Part shown: piece after piece, positions 9,260 to 19,377 of the stretch | Position numbering within the stretch: the first letter of the stretch is position 1 | Layout of the letters: each line of letters opens with the position of its first letter | DNA from: an uncultured Chloroflexia bacterium | Lineage (GTDB): Bacteria > Chloroflexota > Limnocylindria > QHBO01 | Length of the DNA: 64,000 bases | NCBI GenBank assembly: GCA_963814375.1 | Contig: CAWFCQ010000003.1 | Location: 103,393-167,392 of the forward strand | Direction of reading: 5' to 3' | Program-made: the position numbers and the translations under genes | The notes under the pieces: generated by a model | Databases searched by the model: none | What the model saw: the letters and a program-made list of their open reading frames with translations, nothing else | Told to the model about the DNA's origin: nothing

Positions 9260-11109
9260 GCAGCGACGGGGAGGGCAGGACCAAGGTGCAGCGGCGCGAG
9301 ACGACCGACGACCTGGATGCGCTCATGGAGGCCCTGCCGCCGGAGATCGTGGCGCGCCTGGCCGGGCTGGCGAATCGGACGGATCTGCTCGAGGTGGTGA
9401 TGGACCTCGGGCGGCGTCCCGAGGCGCGCTTCACGACCGGCGAGGAAGACCTCCTCGACCGCGAGGTCACTGACGCCGACATCGCCCACGTCATCGATCA
9501 CATCGGCGTGTTCGGCGACGACAACCGGGCCGGCATCGAGCGCACCCTCCATCGCATCAGCGCCATCCGCAACCGCTCCGGCAAGGTCGTGGGCCTGACG
9601 TGCCGCATCGGCCGAGCGGTGTTCGGGACGATCGACATCATCCGCGACATCACCGAGGCCGGACAGTCGCTGCTCATCCTCGGACGGCCCGGCGTCGGCA
9701 AGACGACGATGCTGCGCGAGGTGGCCCGCGTCCTCGCCGACGACCTGGGCAAGCGCGTCGTGGTGGTCGATACGAGCAACGAGATCGCCGGCGACGGCGA
9801 CATCCCGCACCCGGGCATCGGCGATGCCCGGCGCATGCAGGTCCGCACTCCGACCGAGCAGCACGCGGTGATGATCGAGGCGGTCGAGAACCACATGCCG
9901 GAGGTGATCGTCATCGACGAGATCGGGACCGAGCTCGAGGCCGGTGCAGCGCGCACCATCGCCGAGCGCGGTGTGCAGCTGGTCGGGACAGCCCACGGCA
10001 ACACGCTCGACAACCTGATGCTGAACCCAACGCTGTCGGACCTCGTGGGCGGCATTCAGCCGGTGACCCTCGGCGACGAGGAGGCGCGCCGGCGCGGGAC
10101 GCAAAAGACCGTCCTTGAGCGCAAGGCGCCGCCGACGTTCGATGTCCTGGTCGAGATCGTCGAGCGCGACAACGTCATCGTCCACCGCAACGTAGCCGAG
10201 ACGGTCGACGCCATCCTCCGCGGGCACATGGTGCCTCCGGAAGCGCGCTACCGCGACGAGCGCGGTGACCTGAAGGCCGCGACGAAGTACGACTACCGGA
10301 TCAGCGAGACCTCGTCCGGCAACCCGGCATTCGCACCGCTCGAGCCGACAGGTGGCTTCGGCGCCTTCGGGCGCGGCCGCTCGGCCGGTGGAGGCGGCGG
10401 CGCGCGCTACGAGCGCGCCGGATTGCGTCCGCTCCCCGGTGGCGGCTCCGGAAACTTCGGTGGTGAGGCGCGCGGAGCGCGAGCACTCCCCGGCGAGCGC
10501 CTCTCCGGCGCAGCGGCCGGCGGCGATGATCGCAATCCGCGACGCGAGCTGGAGCAGGCGCTGGCCGAGATGGACGATCGCGCCGCGCTCGACCGGCCGA
10601 TCGGCGCGCAGCGACCGAAGGACGAGCGGGCGCAGGCGCATCGGCCGATGAGCGTCTTCGCCTTCGGCGTCAGCCGCAAGCGGCTGGAGCAGGCGGTTCG
10701 CGAGCTCGGTGTCCCCGTCAACGTGGCGCGCGACCTCGACGAGGCGGACGCGGTCGTGACCCTGCGCAACTACTACAAGCGCAAGCCGGCAGCGCTGCGC
10801 GACGCCGAGTCCAACGGCGTGCCGATCTATGTGCTCAAGACGAACACCACTCTCCAGATGGGGAGCATGCTCGCGTCGCTGTTCGACCTGGAGGCCGATC
10901 CGCAGGAGGCCGCGCTGCGCGAGACGGCCGAGGCGATCGGGCTGGTGCAGGCCTCCGGCCGGCCGGTCGAGCTCGCGCCGCAGAACGCCTACGTCCGCCG
11001 GCTCCAGCACCAGATGGCCGAGCGCAACGCGCTCATGAGCCGATCGCGAGGCTCCGAGCCGAACCGGCGCGTCGAGCTGATCCCCGAGGACGGCGGGCGC
11101 TGGAGGTGA
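9256..11109 (+). CDS. R3H domain-containing AAA ATPase (Ycf45/SpoIIIAA-like)
   Basis: Walker A (LGRPGVGKTT), Walker B (VIVIDEIG) and SpoIIIAA-like collinearity. The C-terminal R3H-like domain includes RRLQH. A Gly-rich low-complexity linker sits between the domains. Confidence 0.7.
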   Translation: MSSDGEGRTKVQRRETTDDLDALMEALPPEIVARLAGLANRTDLLEVVMDLGRRPEARFTTGEEDLLDREVTDADIAHVIDHIGVFGDDNRAGIERTLHRISAIRNRSGKVVGLTCRIGRAVFGTIDIIRDITEAGQSLLILGRPGVGKTTMLREVARVLADDLGKRVVVVDTSNEIAGDGDIPHPGIGDARRMQVRTPTEQHAVMIEAVENHMPEVIVIDEIGTELEAGAARTIAERGVQLVGTAHGNTLDNLMLNPTLSDLVGGIQPVTLGDEEARRRGTQKTVLERKAPPTFDVLVEIVERDNVIVHRNVAETVDAILRGHMVPPEARYRDERGDLKAATKYDYRISETSSGNPAFAPLEPTGGFGAFGRGRSAGGGGGARYERAGLRPLPGGGSGNFGGEARGARALPGERLSGAAAGGDDRNPRRELEQALAEMDDRAALDRPIGAQRPKDERAQAHRPMSVFAFGVSRKRLEQAVRELGVPVNVARDLDEADAVVTLRNYYKRKPAALRDAESNGVPIYVLKTNTTLQMGSMLASLFDLEADPQEAALRETAEAIGLVQASGRPVELAPQNAYVRRLQHQMAERNALMSRSRGSEPNRRVELIPEDGGRWR

Positions 11110-11753
11110 GCGCCCCCGGGCGCTTCATCACGCTCGAGGGACCCGAGGGCAGCGGCAAGACCACCGCCGCCCGCCACCTGGCGGAGTGGCTGCGCGGGCG
11201 CGGCATCGCCACCCTCCTCACGCACGAGCCCGGCGGGACGCCGCTCGGCGAGGAGGTGCGGCGGATCGTGCTTCACATGCGCGGCATGAGCGACGACCTC
11301 GACCCGCGGGCCGACGCGCTTCTCTACGCCGCCGGCCGCGCCCAGCACGTCGCGCGCGTCATTCGGCCGGCCCTCGCGCGTGGTGACTGGGTTGTCTGCG
11401 CGCGCTTCCTCGATTCCTCGCTCGCCTACCAGGGCGCGGGCTACGGCAACGAGATGGACGAGCTTCGGCACCTCCAGGAGTTCGCCACCGGCGGCCTTCT
11501 CCCCGACCTGACGATCCTGCTCGACGTCCCGGTCGAGGTCGGGCTCGAGCGCACCCGCCGCCGCGCCGAGTGGAACCGCTTCGAGGACACCGAGGAGGCA
11601 GCCTTCTTCGAGCGCGTGCGCTCCGCGTACCTTGCCCTGGCGGCGGCCGAGCCGGAGCGATTCCGGACGGTCGACGGATCGGGCGCGGTCGAGGCTGCCG
11701 ACGACGCCATCCGCGCAATCGTCGAGGAGCTCGTGCCCCAGGCATCGGTCTAG
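11106..11753 (+). CDS. tmk: thymidylate (dTMP) kinase
   Basis: P-loop ITLEGPEGSGKTT, DRY-like motif (RFLDSS) and a LID region. It overlaps the upstream stop by 4 nt. Confidence 0.9.
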   Translation: MSAPGRFITLEGPEGSGKTTAARHLAEWLRGRGIATLLTHEPGGTPLGEEVRRIVLHMRGMSDDLDPRADALLYAAGRAQHVARVIRPALARGDWVVCARFLDSSLAYQGAGYGNEMDELRHLQEFATGGLLPDLTILLDVPVEVGLERTRRRAEWNRFEDTEEAAFFERVRSAYLALAAAEPERFRTVDGSGAVEAADDAIRAIVEELVPQASV

Positions 11754-11761
11754 TCGCTCGG

Positions 11762-12764
11762 CTACGGCCCGAGCGGAGGATCGATCGAGTCGACCCTATC
11801 GAAGGTGAGGTCCGGAACGCCCTCGGGCCTGGCCACGGTCGCAACGAGCTGATCCTGGTTGCTCTCGTCGACGGCGACGTTGATTTCGATATCCTCCGCC
11901 GCCCCTGACTCCGCTCCGACCGTGAACGTGATCGTGTAGGCGACGGGCGTTCCGGCGGAGTCTCGCAGTGCGAATACCGATGCGGGGACCTCGTGCACCT
12001 CGCCGCTGCGCGTCAGGCACTCCGCGGGATTGCCGGGATCGGCAACCGCGCGCTCCCACCACCTGACCGACGCGGCACCTGCCGCGCTCGGGTCAGTTGG
12101 GTACGAGGTCTCGTCGAGGTCGAGCACCAGGCAGGGTCCGTCGGTATTGAACGGGCCGCGGAGCAGGTAGAGGCCGTTGGGCTGGAGCGCGGTGACGGCC
12201 GGGGTCGGCAGCGGATCCAGCGGCGGATCGATCACCTCGACGCGGTCGAAGACGAGGCCCTCTCCGGCACCGGCGATCGCCTGGATGAGCTCCGGCGTGC
12301 TTCGGGCTGCCAGGATCGTGACCTCGATGTTCGGGTCCCCGGCCGGCGTCGGAAGTGAGAAGCCCACGACGTATCCGACCGTCTCGTCCGGCGCATCGTC
12401 GTCTGCGAGTCGCGTCACGGACGCGGTGACCTCCTCGACCTCGCCGGTCCGGGTGTCGCAGCCGGTCATCCCGCGCTCCCAGTGCAGGACGGTCGCGACG
12501 CCATCGGGCGCGTCGGTGCCGACCGGGATACGAACTCGGCTCCAGCTGGAGCGCCAGGCACGGGCCGAAGAACGCCTCGCGCAGCCGATACAGGCCGATG
12601 GGCGGAATCTGGGCATCCGTCGAGGGGGAGGGTTCGGGCGTCGCCGTGGCCACCGCCACCGGGGCCGCCTGCGGCAGCAGCGGCGCGGCCAGCATCAGGC
12701 CGAGAAGGACCGCCGAGAGGACGGCCGCGACGGCGACGCCGGCGTCGAGGATGCGGGAGCCCAT
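11762..12764 (-). pseudogene. secreted protein with two internal ~125-aa repeats, carrying an apparent frameshift near 12505
   Basis: The signal peptide and repeat 1 start (MGSRILDAGVAVAAVLSAVLLGLMLA ... IGLYRLREAFFGPCLALQLEPSSYP) are in the frame of ORF 12093..12902. Repeat 1 continues (TDAPDGVATVLHWERG...) and repeat 2 follows (NGLYLLRGPFNTDGPCLVLDLDETSYPTDPSAAG...) in the frame of ORF 11762..12616. Confidence 0.5.
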
Positions 12765-12922
12765 CGGCACAGGATGCCCGAAGTTGTCGGTGAGCGGAAC
12801 GCGCTCGATGGCAGGGCTGGCGAAGGAGCCGCGGGGCGCGCGACGGGTGGCCCTCGGCTGCTCCCCTGCGCCATACTGAACGCCTTCGTTGCAGCGCCCC
12901 ATCCTTGTAGGAGCCGCCGCCC

Positions 12923-13252
12923 ATGAAGCTGGTTACCGCGATCGTCCATAACGAGGACGCCGGGACGCTCGTCGACGCACTGCTCGAGAAGGAGTACCGC
13001 GCAACGCGGGTCAACTCGTCGGGCGGATTTCTGAAGCAGGGAAATGCCACGATCCTCGTCGGGGTCGAGGACGACCAGGTCGATTCGGTGCTCGAGCTCA
13101 TCAGCGCCAACTGCACGAGCCGCAAGCAGTTCGTGAACCCGATGCCGCCGATCATGGAGCCGGGCGAGTTCTACATGCCCTACCCGGTCGAGGTGGAGGT
13201 CGGCGGTGCGACGGTGTTCGTCCTGCCGGTGGAGCGCTTCGAGCGCCTCTGA
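12923..13252 (+). CDS. darA: PII-like c-di-AMP receptor protein DarA (YaaQ/DUF970 family)
   Basis: 109 aa, the same length as B. subtilis YaaQ. It is collinear with YaaQ as I recall it, including the C-terminal block YMPYPVEVEVGGATVFVLPVERF. An AGGAG ribosome-binding site sits 9 nt upstream of the ATG. Confidence 0.85.
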   Translation: MKLVTAIVHNEDAGTLVDALLEKEYRATRVNSSGGFLKQGNATILVGVEDDQVDSVLELISANCTSRKQFVNPMPPIMEPGEFYMPYPVEVEVGGATVFVLPVERFERL

Positions 13253-13427
13253 GGCTCGGCCCGCGTAGCAGCGCACGATGTGGCGAGCGAAATGCGCGCG
13301 AGGGCCGTCGAGCGTGTCAATTTCGCGGTAGATCGAGCGCGAGGGTGCGTAACGGGCGCCCACAGGCGCGGCTCGTGCGCATCGGTGCTCGACCCGGCGT
13401 GCAATTCGCGCCTGTCGAGCCGCCCTG

Positions 13428-14105
13428 GTGGAGATCGCCCGATTGATCGAGCGCCACGTCAGCTGCCGGCACGCGGCCGAGGATAATTCGGCCGTGAGCA
13501 CGAACACCCCTGCCTGGGCCATCGATCTGGAGCGTGATGCGCCAGACGTCGTCGTCTGCTGGCACGCGCTCGACAACACATTCTCCGGCCTGAAGGCGCT
13601 TCGCCGAGAGCTCCGCGCCAGGGTCGCCACCGGCGACGCGTCCCGGATCCTGGCGCAGCAGGAGGCCGCGGGCGACGCCCTCGAGCGGGTGTTGCGCGCC
13701 ATGCCCGAGCCGCTGCTGCGCGCCCCGGGCGGCGAGGAGGATTGGAACGTGGCGCAGGCCTTCGCGCACACCACCGCCGCCCGGCGGTTCCTCGGGACGT
13801 GGGCCGCGCTCGACGCGGGCGGCGAGTGGCCCGCAGAGCGCGCCCCGACCGTGACCCCGTCTGTGCCGGGCCGCCCTGACGCCACCCGCGAGGAGCTGTT
13901 GGTCCTGCTCGACAAGTCGAGGCGAGCGATCAGGGAGGCGGCGGAGCGCATCGAGGGCAACGAACGCCAGCGCTGCGGCATGCAGCACCCGCTGGTGGGC
14001 CGTCTGCGCTGCGGGGAGTGGCTCCTCTTCCTGGGCATCCACGACTGCATGCATCTCGAGCAGCTCCACGGCCTCCTCGCAGCGCACGGACGCGCCGATG
14101 CCTGA
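13428..14105 (+). CDS. DinB/YfiT-like (DinB_2) metal-dependent protein
   Basis: Four-helix DinB-like pattern with His-containing motifs (WNVAQAFAHTT ... GIHDCMHLEQL). Confidence 0.5.
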   Translation: MEIARLIERHVSCRHAAEDNSAVSTNTPAWAIDLERDAPDVVVCWHALDNTFSGLKALRRELRARVATGDASRILAQQEAAGDALERVLRAMPEPLLRAPGGEEDWNVAQAFAHTTAARRFLGTWAALDAGGEWPAERAPTVTPSVPGRPDATREELLVLLDKSRRAIREAAERIEGNERQRCGMQHPLVGRLRCGEWLLFLGIHDCMHLEQLHGLLAAHGRADA

Positions 14106-15228
14106 GCGCCCGGCGCCCCTCGTCCTGGTCACGACCCCGCCCGAGGGCCAGCCGTTCGGGTCGCATGCCGCCGTCGCGGCCGACGGGCAGCGGCTCCTGG
14201 CCACCGATCTCTCCCGACGGCTCGGCCGCCTCGGGGCGGCGGTCGCGCCGTTGCCGCCCGGCGCGCCGGACGCCGGCGAGCCCTTCCATTGGGGCCGATG
14301 GTTCACCGCGGCGGCCCGCCGGTCCCTCGCCGACGCGGCCGAACCGCTCGACGCCATCGGCTATGCCGGTGGCTCTGCGCTCTCGCTGGTCGCCGACGAT
14401 GACCTGGATGCGCTTCTCTCGCCGATCCCCGGCGAGGTCGTGGCCAACAACCGCTTCAGCGCCGATGCGTTCGTCGTGGCCGGCGAGCTCGACGCAGCCT
14501 TGGGGGCGCTCGAGGGTTGCCCGAGTGACAACGCCGCACCACGCCGGCTGAGCGAGGCGGGATTCGCCTGGCGCGATCTTGGCGAGGCGGCGTGGGCCCG
14601 GTTCGACGTGGACACGACCCTCGACCTGGCGTTGCTCCGGCTCGCCACCCGCCTGCCCGGCACGCGCTCTCCGGAGCCATCGGTGGCGGCATTCCTGGAG
14701 ATGGCGCGCGTGCCCGGCGACCGGCCGCTCGAGGTGCCGAACCTCGCGCCCATCGGCGAGGTCATCCGCGATCAACGTGCCGAGCTGGTGGTGGCGGGTC
14801 GGGTCCCGGGCTCGACCCAGCAGCACCTCGAGACCGAGACGGCCTGCCGCGTCCGATCCATCGTCGAGGAGCGCGGGATGCGCTCGGCGCGGGAAGGGCG
14901 GCCACCTCGCTCCATCCTGTCGGCGCTCATGGAGCGATCCTCACCCGCTGAGCTCATCGGCGAGCTTGCGCGTCTCGGCGACGCGGTCGTGCTCGACACG
15001 CGAGTGCTGATGGCGGCGGTGGCTGAGTCGGCGGAGGCCTCGGCCTGGCCGCTGGAGGAGGATCGCTTCGCGTCCGACTTCGGCGATCACGCGCGCATCT
15101 CGACGCCGTGGCTGAGGGATCTGACCGAGGCGGCCGCGGACGCGCAGGTGCCCTTCCTGTTCGGCGGCCACGCCCTCGTCAGCGATGGCCTGCGACTGAT
15201 CGTGGCCGCTGCATGGCAGGGCCGTTGA
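14098..15228 (+). CDS. hypothetical protein
   Basis: 376-aa ORF with coding-like periodicity in a high-GC background. It overlaps the upstream stop and has no recognisable motif. Confidence 0.45.
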   Translation: MPERPAPLVLVTTPPEGQPFGSHAAVAADGQRLLATDLSRRLGRLGAAVAPLPPGAPDAGEPFHWGRWFTAAARRSLADAAEPLDAIGYAGGSALSLVADDDLDALLSPIPGEVVANNRFSADAFVVAGELDAALGALEGCPSDNAAPRRLSEAGFAWRDLGEAAWARFDVDTTLDLALLRLATRLPGTRSPEPSVAAFLEMARVPGDRPLEVPNLAPIGEVIRDQRAELVVAGRVPGSTQQHLETETACRVRSIVEERGMRSAREGRPPRSILSALMERSSPAELIGELARLGDAVVLDTRVLMAAVAESAEASAWPLEEDRFASDFGDHARISTPWLRDLTEAAADAQVPFLFGGHALVSDGLRLIVAAAWQGR

Positions 15229-15378
15229 TGTGGCGGGATGAGCGTGGATCGGCGCCAGGGTCCCCCTGCTAGACTGTGATCGAGGCGCCCGCCTCGTGCA
15301 GCGTCTCGCCAACGATTGACAACATCGCGGACCGCGAGGTCCGCTCAGCAATCACCGCGCGTTGCGACCGGAGTGGAG

Positions 15379-15738
15379 ATGGATCACACCGGACTGCTCT
15401 ACGTCATCGGTTTCGGGTTCGCCGCGACGACGTTCGTCTTCGGGACGATCCTGTTCAGCTGGCTGATCACCCATCGGCGCCGCAGCCCTCAGAAGGGCCT
15501 CCCGTACGAGTCGGGCGTCGACACCATCGGTGACACCTGGAGCCGGTTCGGACTGGCCTTCTATCTGTACGCCCTGCTCTTCGTGGCCTTCGACGTCGAG
15601 ATCATCTTCGTCTACCTGTGGGCCATCACGGTGCGGGCCATCGAGTTCCAGGGGATCGTCCTGATCGGCATCTTCCTTGCGATCTTGATGTTCGGCGAGC
15701 TGTACGCGTGGAAGAAGGGGGACCTGCGATGGCAATAG
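15379..15738 (+). CDS. nuoA: NADH-quinone oxidoreductase subunit A
   Basis: About 120 aa with three TM helices ([14 protein letters not shown] ... [16 protein letters not shown]) and the NuoA/ND3 pattern. First gene of the nuo cluster. Confidence 0.85.
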   Translation: MDHTGLLYVIGFGFAATTFVFGTILFSWLITHRRRSPQKGLPYESGVDTIGDTWSRFGLAFYLYALLFVAFDVEIIFVYLWAITVRAIEFQGIVLIGIFLAILMFGELYAWKKGDLRWQ

Positions 15739-16409
15739 ACCGAACGCCTCCGAGCGGCCACACCGAACCGCCCACGTCCGGAACCGAGCTCGTCGCCAAC
15801 GACGGCGGGGGGCAGATCATCATCCCCGAGGGCGCGGGCGACGCCGATCTGCTGCGCCCGTTCGGGATGGAGGAGCATCCGCAGGGCGGGTTCCACGGCC
15901 TGCTCGAGGTGATTCCGACCAAAGCCGACCTCATCCTCGACCTGATCCGGGCGAACTCGCTATGGCCGCTCCTCTCGGGCCTGTCGTGCTGCGCGATCGA
16001 GATGATGAGCACGGCCACGAGCGTCAACGACATCGACCGATTCGGCTCGTTTCCGTTCCGTGCCAGCCCGCGACAGGCCGATGTTCTGATCGTGGCGGGG
16101 ACACTCACGACCAAGATGGCCGGGCCGCTCGTGCGCCTCTGGGAGCAGATGCCCGAGCCGAAATGGGTCGTGGCGATGGGGACCTGCACGACATCCGGCG
16201 GCCGCTTCAAGCGCTCCTACTCGGTCGTCCAGGGAGTCGACCGGGTCATGCCCGTCGATGTCTACGTGCCGGGCTGCCCGCCGCGCCCGGAGGGCCTCAT
16301 CTACGGGATGATGAAGCTCCACGAGCTCGTGAAGCAGCGGCGCGGCGAATGGAGCACGTTCGTCGACCGCGGACCGCAGCGGACGCGCTGGGAAGGAGAC
16401 GTTCGCTGA
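15728..16409 (+). CDS. nuoB: NADH-quinone oxidoreductase subunit B
   Basis: N2-cluster cysteines (SCCAIEMM ... GTCTTSGG ... VPGCPPRPE). The ATG overlaps the nuoA stop. Confidence 0.9.
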
Positions 16410-17047
16410 GCACGCCCGCGACCGCAGGCTCGCTCGTCCGAACCCTCACCGAGCGCCTGGGCCCCGACGTCGGCGACCTCTGGACCGATGAGGACACCGT
16501 CGAGTTCTCGATCGACGGTGCGCGCAACCTCGAGGTCCTGGCGCAGCTGCGCGACGATCCCGACCTCGGCTTCTTCATGCTGGCCGACGAGGCTGCCGTG
16601 GACTACGGCGTCGGCGCCCACTTCGAGGTGGTGTATCACCTGTTCAGCTGGAAGCACCCCGCCTGGCTTCGCGTGCGCGCCAAGGTCGACCGCGCCGACC
16701 CGCGCATCCGCTCCGTTACCCACCTGTGGGAGGGCGCGATGTTTCACGAGCGCGAGGCCTACGACATGATGGGCATCGTGTTCGAAGGCAACCGCGACCT
16801 GCGCCGGATCTACATGTCGCCCGACTACCGCAGCTTCCCGCAGCGTCGCGACTTCATCCTGCCCGACGACGCCGCCGACTCGCCCGCCGCCGGCGTCAAT
16901 CCGCTGGAGCGACCGGAGACGTGGGACCTTGCCCGCTTCCGTGACGCGCCGGCGGTGACGTATCCACCCGCGTCCGAGCGTGAGGACGCGCCGGCCGAGC
17001 GGGTCGAGTCTGGCGAGACGCTGGCCGATCGGAGCCGGCCGCGATGA
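16349..17047 (+). CDS. nuoC: NADH-quinone oxidoreductase subunit C
   Basis: NuoC/30-kDa subunit blocks (FEVVYHLFS ... [20 protein letters not shown]). The only in-frame ATG lies inside nuoB at 16349, so the start is uncertain. Confidence 0.75.
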   Translation: MEHVRRPRTAADALGRRRSLSTPATAGSLVRTLTERLGPDVGDLWTDEDTVEFSIDGARNLEVLAQLRDDPDLGFFMLADEAAVDYGVGAHFEVVYHLFSWKHPAWLRVRAKVDRADPRIRSVTHLWEGAMFHEREAYDMMGIVFEGNRDLRRIYMSPDYRSFPQRRDFILPDDAADSPAAGVNPLERPETWDLARFRDAPAVTYPPASEREDAPAERVESGETLADRSRPR

Positions 17048-18327
17048 CGACGACTGATCCGGAGGTCCGCATCCCGGACCCGATCGAGCTCGACCGGGCC
17101 GAGGAGGCCCGCCTGCGTGCCGCCTCCGGTTTGACGCCGCCCGTCGAGCGGCGGCCCGAGTACGCCGGCTTCGAGTCGGTCGGGATCCCGGACCGGCCGC
17201 CGCAGACGGACCGCGAGCGAGACGTCTACAGCCTCGAGGAGGGCGAGATGCTCCTCAACATGGGGCCACAGCATCCGTCCACCCACGGTGTCATGCGCCT
17301 GGTCGTGAAGGTGCGCGGCGAGGTCATCATCGACATCGACCCGGTGCTCGGCTACCTCCATCGCGGGATCGAGAAGCTGTGCGAGAACGCGACCTACACG
17401 ACCGTGCTCACCTACGTCGACCCGATGGACTACCTCGGCACGATGCACAACGAACACGCCCCGGCCATCGCCTTCGAGAAGCTGTACGGCATCCGGCCGC
17501 CGAAGCGGGCCGAGTACATCCGCGCGCTGGTGGTGGAGCTGAACCGCATCTTCAGCCACGGCCTGATGATGGGCTTCCTGGCGCTCGACATGGGCGGGCT
17601 GACCCCGATCCTCTACAGCTTCATCAACCGCGACGAGATCGTCGACATGCTGTCGGCCATCAGCGGACAGCGGATGCTCTTCAACTTCTTCCGCGTCGGC
17701 GGCGTGAACTGGGACACCAACGACGAGTTCCTCTCGCGGCTGGGGACGTGGCGCGGCACCGTCATGAAGAACATCGAGATGAACGAGCGGATGATCACGG
17801 AGAACGAGATCTTCACCGCCCGGACGCGCGGGATGGGCGTCCTGACCGGCGACGAGGCCATCTCGCTCGGTGTCACCGGCCCGAACCTGCGAGCGTCCGG
17901 CGTGCCGTTCGACGTGCGCAAGGCCCACCCGTACTCGATCTACCACGAGCTCGAGTTCGACGTCATCACCCACCAGACCGGCGACTCGTACGCCCGCTAC
18001 CTCCAGCGCATCGCCGAGGTCAAGCAGAGCATCCACCTCATCGACCAGATCGTGGACCGCATGCCGCACGGCGCGGTGCAGGCCCAGGTGCCGGGCATCA
18101 TTCGCCCCAAGCCGGGCCGCGCCTACGGCGCCGTCGAGTCGCCGCGCGGGCTCTACAGCGTCTACGCCATCAGCGATGGCGGGCCCAACCCGTATCGGTT
18201 CCGAATGCGCGACCCGTCGTTCATCAGCCTCCAGGCGCTGCCCAAGGTCATGCCAGGCAAGCTCATCGCCGACACGATGGCGGTGATGGCCAGCTTCGAC
18301 CCGGTCATGGGCGGCGTGGACAAGTAG
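17044..18327 (+). CDS. nuoD: NADH-quinone oxidoreductase subunit D
   Basis: 427 aa. NuoD/49-kDa signature (MLLNMGPQHPSTHGVMRL, IEKLCE, RMRDPSFISLQALP). Confidence 0.9.
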   Translation: MTTTDPEVRIPDPIELDRAEEARLRAASGLTPPVERRPEYAGFESVGIPDRPPQTDRERDVYSLEEGEMLLNMGPQHPSTHGVMRLVVKVRGEVIIDIDPVLGYLHRGIEKLCENATYTTVLTYVDPMDYLGTMHNEHAPAIAFEKLYGIRPPKRAEYIRALVVELNRIFSHGLMMGFLALDMGGLTPILYSFINRDEIVDMLSAISGQRMLFNFFRVGGVNWDTNDEFLSRLGTWRGTVMKNIEMNERMITENEIFTARTRGMGVLTGDEAISLGVTGPNLRASGVPFDVRKAHPYSIYHELEFDVITHQTGDSYARYLQRIAEVKQSIHLIDQIVDRMPHGAVQAQVPGIIRPKPGRAYGAVESPRGLYSVYAISDGGPNPYRFRMRDPSFISLQALPKVMPGKLIADTMAVMASFDPVMGGVDK

Positions 18328-18354
18328 CCGATGGCCCCATAGATGGCTGTATAG

Positions 18355-19365
18355 ATGGACTGGGAGCTCGTCCTCGGCCTCGGGCGCTTCGTGCTTGCCA
18401 CGACGCTGATCCTGCTGCTCACCGTGCCGACCGCGTTCGTGATCATCCAGATGGAGATGAAGATCATCGCCCAGCTGGCGCTGCGCTTCGGGCCGAACCG
18501 GATCGGTCCGCGCGGCATTTTCCAGAGCACCATCCACGGCTTCAAGGTGCTCGCCAAGGAGGACACCGTCCCCGACCAGGCCGACCGGGTCGCCTTCACG
18601 ATGGCCCCCTGGATGGTGTACATGGCGGCGGCGATGAGCATGCTCGTCATGCCCTTCGCGCCCGGGGCGATCGCGGCCGACATGAACATCGGCATCGTCT
18701 ACTTCTTCGCCGTCCTCGGTCTCTCGGTGGTCGGCCTGCTCGTGGCCGGGTGGGCCAGCTACAACAAGTACTCGCTGCTCGGCGGGCTGCGCTCCGCGGC
18801 GCAGATGGTGAGCTACGAGATCCCGCTGACCCTGTCCATCGTCGGGGCGGTCGTCCTGGCCGGGACCCTCAGCTTCAGCGAGCTCATCGCCTGGCAGCTG
18901 GAGCACGGCTGGCTGCTCTGGTGGCAGCCGGTCGGCCTCGCCATCTTCTACGTCGCCAGCCTGGCCGAGATCAACCGCACTCCGTTCGACATGGTCGAGG
19001 CCGACAGCGAGCTGGTGGCGGGCCCGTTCACCGAGTACTCCGGGATGCGCTTCGGCTTCTTCTTCTTCGCTGAGTACGTCGCGCTGTTCATCATGAGCGG
19101 CATCCTCATCAGCCTCTTCTTCGGCGGCTGGCTGGCGCCGTGGCCATTTCCGGCCCAGCTGGGCGGGTTCGCCGGGACGCTGTACGGCATCTTTTGGTTC
19201 TTCCTCAAGACCTACATCTTCGTGGCGATCGCGGTCTGGCTGCGCGGCACCCTGCCCCGCGTCCGGGTCGACCAGCTGATGGGCATGGCCTGGAAGGTCC
19301 TGCTGCCGCTGGCGCTCATCAACCTGTTCGTCACGGCCATCGCGGTCGTCGTCTTCGAGCTGTAG
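18355..19365 (+). CDS. nuoH: NADH-quinone oxidoreductase subunit H
   Basis: 336-aa polytopic membrane protein with NuoH/ND1 motifs (RFGPNRIGP, GWASYNKYSLLGGLR, EYSGMRFGFFF). Confidence 0.9.
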   Translation: MDWELVLGLGRFVLATTLILLLTVPTAFVIIQMEMKIIAQLALRFGPNRIGPRGIFQSTIHGFKVLAKEDTVPDQADRVAFTMAPWMVYMAAAMSMLVMPFAPGAIAADMNIGIVYFFAVLGLSVVGLLVAGWASYNKYSLLGGLRSAAQMVSYEIPLTLSIVGAVVLAGTLSFSELIAWQLEHGWLLWWQPVGLAIFYVASLAEINRTPFDMVEADSELVAGPFTEYSGMRFGFFFFAEYVALFIMSGILISLFFGGWLAPWPFPAQLGGFAGTLYGIFWFFLKTYIFVAIAVWLRGTLPRVRVDQLMGMAWKVLLPLALINLFVTAIAVVVFEL

Positions 19366-19377
19366 GAGGACGGACCG

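Noticed and set aside
9019-11010. 663-aa minus-strand ORF opposite the R3H ATPase gene
   Set aside because: Same high-GC antisense artefact: no motifs, Arg/Ala-rich, and it overlaps a convincing plus-strand gene.
12695-14357. 451- and 346-aa minus-strand ORFs opposite darA and the DinB-like gene
   Set aside because: They overlap the highly conserved darA on the other strand and have no recognisable domain.
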